Positions 55,186 to 64,000 of a stretch of DNA of 64,000 nt are shown here, piece after piece. The position numbers were made by a program, and so were the translations under genes. This DNA is from Octopus vulgaris (Eukaryota). The number at the start of each line of letters is the position of its first letter. The stretch's first letter is position 1. Under the pieces are notes generated by a model. It had not been told where the DNA came from, searched no databases, and worked only from the letters and a program-made list of their open reading frames with translations. The DNA is taken from the NCBI GenBank assembly GCA_951406725.2, contig OX597815.1:31868001-31932000 (forward strand), given 5' to 3'.

Positions 55186-55519
55186 AACTTTTTTCCTTCA
55201 TGACAAACTGCAGTGTAAAGACTTTACAGGTTCAAAGGCATTGACAAATGACTGAGACCTTTGGTGATATGCCATGCTTGAGAAGAAGACCCATCGAGCC
55301 AAGTGAAATCATAGTCATGCAACTGGCACCCATGCTGGTGGATTGCAAAAGTATCTATTGCACTCTTGGAGTAGTTGGTGTCAGGAAGGGCATCCAGCTT
55401 TAGAAACCATGCCAAATCAGACTGGAGTCTGGTGCAGCCTCTCAAGTTTTTCGTGGGATTTGTCTGTAGTTGGAAAGGTACTTGCCCACATTCTGTTAGA
55501 TCATCTAAATACCATCATA

Positions 55520-56950
55520 GTTCTGAAAGGATGAAAGGCAAAGTAGACCTTGGTGGAATTTGAACCCAGAACATGAAGATGGATAAAATTCCACTAAGCA
55601 TTTCACCCAGCTCACCACCTTAATAATCCTTTCTACTGAAGGCAGAAGGCCTGAAATTTTTGGGAAAGGGTAAGTCAATTACATTGACCCTAGTGCATAG
55701 CTGGTACTTATTTCAGACAGATGGATTAAGTCGATTATATCGACCACAGTGTGTAACTGGTACTTAATTTATCGACCCCGAAAGGACGAAAGGCAAAGTC
55801 AACCTTGGCAGAATTTGAACTCAGAACACAGTGATGGGCAAATTACCACTAAGCATTTTGTCAAGCATGTAAGCGATTCTGCCAGCTCGCCACCTTAATA
55901 ATGGTTTCAAATTTTGCCATAAGGGTAGCCATTTTTGGGGTGGGGATGAGTCAATTATTACATCGACCCCAGTCTTCAACTGGTACTTAATTTATTGATC
56001 CTGAAAGGATGAAAGGTAAAATCAACCTCCGCAGAATTTGAACTTAGAACATAGCAGCAGTCAAAATACCGCAAAACATTTCGCCTGGCATACTAATGAT
56101 TCTGCCAGCTTGCCGCCTTAATAATGGTTTCAAATTTTGCCATAAGGGTAGCCCTTTTGGGGGAGGGAATGAGTTGGTTACATCGATCCCAGTGTTTCAC
56201 TGGTACTTAATTTATCAACCCCGAAAGGATGAAAGGCAAATTTGACCTCGGCAGAATTTGAACTCAGAATGTAGCGAGAGATGAAATACTCATTTCTTTA
56301 CTACCCACAAGGGGCTAAACATAGAGTGGACAAACAAGGACAGTCAAACGGATTAAGCCGATTATATCGACCCCAGTGTGTAACTGGCACTTAATTTATC
56401 GACCCCGAAAGGATGAAAGGCAAAGTTGACCTCAGCGGAATTTGAGCTCAGAACATAACGGCAGATGAAATACCTATTTCTTTACTACCCACAAGGGGCT
56501 AAACACAGAGAGGACAAACAAGGACAGACACACGGATTAAGTCGATTATATCGACCCCAGTGTGTAACTGGCACTTAATTTATCGACCCCGAAAGGATGA
56601 AAGGCAAAGTCGACCTCGGCAGAATTTGAACTCAGAACGTAACGGCAGACGAAATACGGCAAAGCATTTCACCCGGCGTGCTAATGTTTCTGCCAGCTCG
56701 CCACCTTAAATACCTATTTCTTTACTACCCACAAGGGGCTAAACACAGAGGGGATAAACAAGGACTGACAAACAGATTAAGTCAATTACATCGACTCCAG
56801 TGCGTAACTGGTACTTAATTTATCGACCCCGAAAGGATGAAAGGCAAAGTCGACCTCAGCGAAATTTGAAATCAGAACGTAACAACAGACGAAATACCGC
56901 TAAGCATTTTGCCCGGTGTGCTAACGATTCTGCCAGCTCACCACCTTAAT
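55520..56950 (-). mobile_element. Stack of about 8 co-oriented full and truncated copies of the 28323-family SINE in a Fax intron
   Basis: Repeated ATCGACCCC...ACTGGTACTTAATTTATCGACCCCGAAAGGATGAAAGGCAAAGTCGACCTC...GAATTTGAACTCAGAAC blocks with little or no spacer. Confidence 0.9.
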
Positions 56951-57009
56951 AATAACAACAATAATAATGATACAGTAACAACAATATGAATAGCAATAAC
57001 ATCACTTAC

Positions 57010-57126
57010 TTTTCATGAGACTTTCATGCGGTGTTTTAGGCATATTCCACTTAACCATAGCAAGCATAGCAAACATGGCACAGTCCACCTCACTGGGTTC
57101 ATCACCAAGAAAATATTTCTTCTTAC
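57010..57126 (-). CDS. FAXC: Fax/FAXC-like exon
   Basis: ttgcag| ... |gtaagt, phase 1-1. GKKKYFLGDEPSEVDCAMFAMLAMVKWNMP has the GST-C YF.G..P...D motif. Confidence 0.9.
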
Positions 57127-57221
57127 CTGCAATAGTTAAATATATTCACTGGGGTCAGTTCTTGAATAGATAATGTCCCGTGTATGTGTATGAGCATATG
57201 TGATTGTGTGTGTGCGTGTGT

Positions 57222-57480
57222 GTGTATGAGTATTTGCACTTGTGTGAGAATGTGTGTATGGGTGTGTGTATATGCATGTATGTGTGTATGGCTGTGTGTG
57301 TTTGAGTATTTGCACCTGTATAAGAATGTGTGTATGTGTGTGTGTGTGTGTGTATGTATATGTGTGTGTGCATGATTGTGTCTGTATGAGTATTTGCACC
57401 TGTATGAGAATGTATGTGTATGTGCATGGGTGTGTGTGTATGAGTATTTGCACCTGTATGAGAATGTGTGTATGTGTATG
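57222..57480. repeat. Minisatellite: TGAGTATTTGCACCTGTATGAGAATG x4 interleaved with (TG)n
   Basis: Cores at ~57227, 57303, 57387 and 57441. Confidence 0.85.
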
Positions 57481-57951
57481 CATGTGTGTATGTGTGTGTG
57501 TGTGTAACATATGACTACTACTACTGCTGCTGATGCTTCTGGATGCTGCTGCCACAACTATTGCTTCCACTACCACCACTTTTAATTTAGGCCAGTGCCA
57601 GGAATTTGGAAAGAGAAGTTAATTGATTAAATTAACACCAGTACATAACTGGTACTTCATTTTAACAACCAGCCCCAGAAAGATGAAAAGCAAGGTTGAC
57701 ATTGGAAGGATTTGAACTCAGAGTGAAAGAAGTGCTATAGCAAATACCACAAGGCATTTTGTATGATGCTATAACAATTTTGCCATTCATAATAATAATG
57801 ATTTTAATAATAACCTTTCTTAATTTAGGCACACAGCCATTGAAGGGAGATGTGTTAGTCAGCTACATAACCCCAAGTGTGTGACTGGTATTTTATCAAT
57901 CCAAAACAATGAAAGGCAAAGTCGACCGCAGCAGAATATGAACACAGAACA

Positions 57952-58738
57952 TGTCTTCTTTATTGGCCACAAGGGCTGAATACAAAAACACAAAAGAACA
58001 ACACAACACAAGGAACAGGAGTAAGAAACAATAAACAATAACAATTATTAATAAAATTAAACAATAAAGTTTCCCCAAAATGGAGAGTTCATCTCAGAGG
58101 GAATCAAAGAATCCTAAACATCCTGGTTACCCTGACCATCAGGTGCACCTCAGTAGGTGCCGCTCCTTCACAACTCCTCCAGTTTACAAATGAATGTTCA
58201 GAGTAGGCCTATTCACACAGGCCATCTTCACTACATTCACCCACCTTTCAACAAAAATACTGGGTGGGGGAGGGCAGTACTTCTATCTCCACCGTCACTT
58301 TCCTTTTCAAGTGGAACTTGAAAAAGTCGATGAGGGCTTGACCAAAGAGGATAGTATCTGGCTTCAGTCCTTTCAATCTTGTCTACAACACTACCTCCTT
58401 TACCATTGCCACTAGACAGAAGGAAACTGCTTCTCCTTCTCAGCCAAAAGATAGTATCAGGATGACCTTCATGATGGACTCAGCTGATAACCAAATCTCT
58501 CCTACATGTGTCACAAAGCTCCACAAGTCAGTAATGCCCGGACACTGGACAAGTGCATGCAGAATGGTTTCATTGCCCTATGCACACTTTGGCCATGTCC
58601 ATCTGACAGCACTTCCGTGTCTATAGAGCTTGTTTCAAACCAGCAGGGCTCCCCAGTAGCACTGCCAGGCCAGGGATTTCTGGAAGTTATCCATAGTTCC
58701 CTGCCCGAAAGTAGTCCAGAAAAGATCAGTTAATTGAT
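57952..58738 (-). mobile_element. L1/Tx1-like LINE 3' relic
   Basis: Minus frame WPKCA*GNETILHALVQCPGITDLWSFV (decayed CCHC knuckle) and ...RLKGLKPDTILFGQALIDFFKFHLKRKV. T-rich 3' UTR ends CCCTTGTGGCCAATAAAG. Confidence 0.7.
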
Positions 58739-58984
58739 CCAATAATAATAACAATAATTTCTACCAGAGGCACAAGGCCTGAAATTTTGGTGGGGGGATT
58801 AAGTCGATTACATGGACCCCAGAGCATAACTGGCATTTATTTTATCGACCCCAAAAGCATGAAAGGCAAAGATGACCTCAGCAGAATTTGAACTCAGAAT
58901 ATAACAACGAGCGAAATACCATAGGCATTTCGTCCAGTGTACTAACGATTCTGCCAGCTTGCCACCTCAATAATGATAATGATA

Positions 58985-59015
<31 letters not shown>

Positions 59016-59097
59016 TATATATTTTAAATCCTTCAAAAATGTGTACGAACCATCTTATTTGAAATATGATATTTGAAGAAGACATCAGAATATTTAC

Positions 59098-59303
59098 CTA
59101 AGAATGTAGAAATAGCATGTAAATCTCTTTCACCAATTGACCAAATCTCCTTTGAATTATGTCTGCCAATTCCATGACCCCACATCTCTTTTTGAACAAC
59201 ATGTTTTATGGCTGTCAGTTTGATCCAAAGCTCAATACCTTTGTAAGGTAAAACCTTCTTCACTTCAGTCAAATCCTCACCAAATGTCACTGCACACATT
59301 GTC
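59098..59303 (-). CDS. FAXC: Fax/FAXC-like exon
   Basis: aatcag| ... |gtaaat, phase 2-1. TMCAVTFGEDL...MWGHGIGRHNSKEIWSIGERDLHAISTFL has the GHG.GRH motif typical of the Fax family. Confidence 0.9.
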
Positions 59304-61636
59304 CTGATTTTATAGAAAAATGTTAATTAAATATCTAACATTAATTAAGTTAACATTGATTGGAGTCAGATTGGCATTGCTTCATAGGTTTATTAAATAT
59401 TTTCCATTTTAATCCATGTATTTTCCAGTGTTACTGTCATCTCCCTCACTCTCATCCTTCTCCTGTCTCAGTTGTTATTGTCACTATTCTGTTTCTCCTC
59501 ACCAACTTCTGAACTGTCTGTCATCACCTGCTCTCCCCTACTTTCTCTCCATTTCATATCTATCATCCATCACCTCTCTCACACCTCGACCCTTGTCCAC
59601 TAATTCACTACTCTATTCTCACCCTTCGATGTCTATAGTCATCACCTACTCTTTCCCACCGTCTCTCCATCTATTTAGCATCAACCACACCTCAAACCTT
59701 GCTCTTCGTTATATTCGACCCTCGTCCCCTCCACCCATTCTTCATTTCTAACCATTCCTCACTCTCCTCATACACTCTTGCAAACGCTACCCAACCGCAC
59801 TCTCTGTTCTTCTATCCCCACTCACCACTATGCATCTTCATGTACCTTCAGGGTACATGATGGTCCATAGCTAATACGTCTTCATATGTATCATTTGGGA
59901 AGCAGTGCCTTCTCAATTGAAATGGATTCAAGCAAAAATAGAATTCCGTTACAGTATATACAACAAATGCTTTGGTGAGGTGAGGGAAATAGTGTTTACT
60001 TTAGAGTATATTAAAAAATGAGCATGGTCAATAAACGGAAGATGTAACGTTCATGCCTTTCCCATCCTTTAATATGACGCCCAGTTTGACATGGCACGGT
60101 GGATTCCTTTAGGGGAGTTCACTCCATCACAACCTTCCTTCCTTTCGCCCGTCCACTACTCTCAGAGGCAAATATAAAATGTTATAGCAATGTTTTCTCC
60201 CTTGACTTAAAGAAAAAAATATCTATCTTGATAATGAATAAGTTCAACTCTTGTTTTGACTGTTATTATTATTTTTTTATTCATAATAACTATCGAAACA
60301 GCTGAATTTGTTCATTGCAAAAACAACATATCACAGAAGGGAAGTAACTCCTAGTGTTCGCCATTTAATCGTTCCTTCTATTTACAATATAAACATTTAA
60401 AGGGGAACAACTCTGCGTAGAATACCTGGATGTTTGTATTATTTCCTACGTCGGACCTCACAGATAAAGGTTAGGAATAGCAGAAAATTTATATTGCCGT
60501 ACAAGTTACAGAGAACATTTTTATCGAGTTTTTGCAATAGCTACTTCTACCTCACTGAGAAGGAAAAAGCAAGGAAATGAGTGAGGTTTTCATCTTTTTC
60601 TTTTAAACTTTTAGTTTTCGTCTGTTACACCATAACAGGAGTTACGAATCTGAACGAATTATTTTACCAAAAATTTCAGCTTTTTTTTTGTTTTTGTTTT
60701 TCTATTTTTACCCATTTCCCTTCTAGTTTCTTCCCTCTTTCATTCTCGAGATCACCCTATATGTTTCAGGGTAGGAATAGTGTTATATGTTATCCAATGT
60801 GTCTTTTCCTTATTTGAGACAGTAGGATTGTGATTTGAAGGACACTTGGTTGATATTTCTAGCAGAGGCTTTTTAGTGGTGGGAATTAATTCTTGGAAGG
60901 AGTTTATAGTGATCGTAGCAATCTCTGTTTTATTAAAAATTACTTTCCTAATTTATACAGGAACCTGGGAACAGGGTCGCCAGATGAGTTGCATCAAAAA
61001 CATAACAACGCATAAGATGTATATGTTAGAAAGTAACCACAAATAAAGATATTGAGAATAAATGCATTATGATGGTGCATGACCTAATGGAACAGATGTT
61101 GAGCTACTGATCATAAGGTTATCGGTTCAATTCCTAGACCAGATAGCGACTTCTGTCTTTTTTTTATTTTTATTTTCAATAAACGCATATTTTTTTGTGT
61201 TGCTTGTGCGAGTGCTACCAAGTGAAAGTTCCGGATACCGGACGAAGGTAGGTTTCAGAGGTCAGCAACGATGAAGGGCACAACGCTTCATGACCTTTTT
61301 CTCGACGGCTTTACATCCCGCAACCCCACTCTACTGATGTGAGGCCCTTCCCACTGGATCAACTGACTAGTATTTAGTCATCGATATTCGATCTTAAGTC
61401 CTTCGTCTCGGGGTCATCAACGCCATTCAAATTAGGGAGTTGCGCGGGTGTGACGTGTCATTTAGTCAAACAGGCACCCGACTCCCAATTATACGTCACT
61501 TCTCTAACCAAGTTTAATCAGCTCTTTTCAACCATAACGAATGACCGACCCTCTCAACTGGGTATAAATTGTAATAGTCAGGAGCTTACATATACGAGAT
61601 TTGCCTACCCCATCTGTCTTAAGTTTTCATACAAAC

Positions 61637-61833
61637 CAATAGAATTCTTCTTCGGCCATTTTCTGAAATGCTCGACCAACGGACACATCAAGATCAGCAT
61701 ACGCCTTATTCAAGTTGATACCCAACTTCTTGTTCAAGTATTCAATGCAAAACTGGGAATCTGCGACTGGTTTGTCATTGTATACCATCCATGGAAGTTT
61801 TCCTTTCGATGAAAATGTGACACTGTGATCGCT
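61637..61833 (-). CDS. FAXC: Failed axon connections (Fax/FAXC, metaxin-like GST fold) homologue, internal exon; 5' exons lie beyond the window
   Basis: Minus strand tgacag| ... |gtttgt, phase 0-2. SDHSVTFSSKGKLPWMVYNDKPVADSQFCIEYLNKKLGINLN...GRAFQKMAEEEFYW has the SSKGK.P...N....DS.F.IEYL GST-N motif. Confidence 0.9.
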
Positions 61834-61942
61834 CTGTCAGCAAATATATAAAATAAGTTCATTAATTAGTTTGTTGTAGCCTTACTATAGGGTTAAGTAG
61901 AATTAAATACGGATCGTAGAATACAATATATAGAACTTTATA

Positions 61943-62169
61943 CAGAGTGATTCAAAAGTCGCCATACATAGGAATAATTTATCTTTTTATAAGAAACAGT
62001 TTATAGGCGCATGAGTGGCTGTGTGGTAAGTAGCTTGTTTACCAACCACATGGTTCCGGGTTCAGTCCCACTGCGTGGCACCTTGGGCAAGTGTCTTCCA
62101 CTATAGCCTCGGGCCGACCAAAGCCTTGTGAGTGGATTTGGTAGACGGAAACGAAAGAAGTCCGTCGTA

Positions 62170-62235
<66 letters not shown>

Positions 62236-62753
62236 TGTGTGTGTTTGTGTGTCTATGTTTATCCCCCTAGCATTGCTTGACAACCGATGCTGGTGTGGTT
62301 ATGTCCCCGTTACTTAGCGGTTCGGCAAAAGAGACCGATAGAATAAGTACTGGGCTTACAAAACAATAAGTTCCGGGGTCGACTTGCTCGATTAAAGGCG
62401 GTGCTCCAGCATGGCCACAGTCAAATGACTGAAACAAGTAAAAGAGTAGAGTAAAGAGTATAAGAACAGTTTTTTATAACAAGCTTTATATGGTTACCAT
62501 TGTTTTGAATATACGTTGCAATACATTTACCCCACTCATTGTGAACTTGTAATAGCACATCTGGTGATACGCGAGCAAATGAGTTGGTGAAGCGCTCAAA
62601 TGATTTATGCCTTTTATCTTTCCGTGACACACCATGCCTTTCAAATGCCCCCAAAGATAGAAATCAAGAGGGGTTAGATCAGGGGATCTTATAAACTGTT
62701 ACTTATAAGAAAAGTAAATTTTTCCTATTTATGGAGACTTTTGAATCATTCTG
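61943..62753 (-). mobile_element. Internally deleted Tc1/mariner-superfamily DNA transposon
   Basis: TA flanks and ~65-bp imperfect TIRs (CAGAGTGATTCAAAAGTCGCCATA... / ...TATGGAGACTTTTGAATCATTCTG). Minus-strand relic at ~62480-62690 reads RSPDLTPLDFYLWGHLKGMV..., the transposase third-Asp motif, then frameshifts into ...QNNGNHIK. Confidence 0.88.
62006..62460 (+). mobile_element. SINE (22545 family) nested inside a Tc1/mariner element
   Basis: Full head, CORE-like segment, (TA)n and tail, inserted immediately inside the left TIR. Confidence 0.88.
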
Positions 62754-63694
62754 TATATTGAATGATTTTTACCGATATGGACCGTTACTGGCTATTGTGA
62801 ATTCCGGATTTTACCAGTATTGGTAAAAAGATTGCAATAGGATGATACATTTCTTCAAAGAACTAAGATCACAACTTCTGGAATCTTTAAAGTAGGAAGA
62901 CATGTGCTCAATAATGGACCGATCGATTTTATAACTGTCATAATTCTTATTTTCATCTTATATTGTCAAAACTTAAATTCCAAACATTCATGGATAGTGA
63001 TGTGCTGAGGTATTCTCCTGAAAGCATTAATGAGTGTGTCGTTTTGTTCTTTTATGCCTTTCAGCCTAAAATAACTTTTTTTGACAAATAGGATGAAAGC
63101 TTTTTCGCCAATGAGATCCAAATGCTGCAACGGCGATAGATGCAAGTGGTGGTGGGGAGGTGGGGTGACTATGTTATAAAATAAACCTTATTTGGTCAAA
63201 TTTCATAGGAGTATCTTGGTCTACCTATGAGAAAATTAGTTAATGGATTAGATGATACAGTGAGAAAAATGTCGCTAAATTTCAAAAACCTTCTCATTTC
63301 ACTTTTCATTCAAAAGGTCATGTATGATAACATAAAGAAAAAAACAGCTTGTGATACGATTTAGAAAAGAAATCGTTAAACGATAGTGAAAAGACGACAG
63401 TGAAAATGGAAACAAAAATGAGAGAAATTTATCGTTGGAAACTTTCTCAAAGTGATTCTGTCTCTTGTACAATACACATGAAATATTTCAATTTTTGCAC
63501 GCAATTATTCTTCATCTCAAAAGACATAACATTGCGCCTGAAATTGTGTAGTAAACTGTAGATCTTTCGCAGACTGGGCGCAGTATAACCCGGAAAGACA
63601 AGATAACAAACGCTGCAGCACTAGAAAACAGGAAAGTTCAAAGACACTTATTGTCGAAGAATCAAGTCCACAAAGCCATAATATTTTGGACATA

Positions 63695-64000
63695 GGCATA
63701 GGAGTGGCTGTGTGGTAAGTAGCTTGCTTACCAACCACATGGTTCCGGGTTCAGTCCCACTGCGTGGCACCGTGGGTAAGTGTCTTCTACTATAGCCTCG
63801 GGCCGACCAAAGCCTTGTAACTGGATTTGGTAGACGGAAACTGAAAGAAGCCCGTCGTATATACATATATGTATATATGTGTGTGTGTGTCTGTGTTTGT
63901 CCCCCCCCCCCCAACATCGCTTGACAACCGATGCTGGTGTGTTTACGTCCCCGACACTTAGCGGTTCGGCAAAAAAGACCGATAGAATAAGTACTAGGCT
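63695..64000 (+). mobile_element. SINE (22545 family), cut by the window end
   Basis: Closely similar to 22545-22860. Confidence 0.88.

Noticed and set aside
61205-61620. CpG-richer stretch in a Fax intron (possible promoter or LINE 5' end)
   Set aside because: No recognisable ORF, terminal repeat or motif, so it cannot be assigned from sequence alone.
61450-61812. 120-aa plus-strand ORF
   Set aside because: Antisense shadow of the Fax exon at 61637-61833.

Overview
Eukaryotic, AT-rich genomic DNA saturated with microsatellites and SINEs. The repeat content suggests a coleoid cephalopod, probably Octopus (inference). Two convergent intron-containing genes were read by hand. (1) On +, the last 15 coding exons (4832-35993, ~956 codons, splice phases consistent throughout) of a FREM2/ECM3-type Fraser-complex protein, with Calx-beta repeats, furin-type sites, a transmembrane helix and a C-terminal TEV motif. 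(2) On -, the last 4 coding exons (61833-54231, 217 codons) of a failed-axon-connections (Fax/FAXC, metaxin-like GST fold) homologue. The rest is transposon-derived: at least four SINE families, R4/Dong-like and L1/Tx1-like LINE relics, piggyBac-, hAT- and Tc1/mariner-type non-autonomous elements, a Helitron and a Helentron/DINE-like element. The most unusual structure is a 17-copy head-to-tail array of a 123-bp tRNA-like SINE head (Pol III A and B boxes in nearly every unit) at 51032-53240, about 1 kb past the Fax stop codon. Also notable: a self-nested SINE stack at 55520-56950, repeated pseudoknot-plus-hairpin modules in a (GAT)n-tailed SINE family, and a candidate FREM2 microexon. Almost all ORFs in the supplied track are microsatellite or SINE artefacts.
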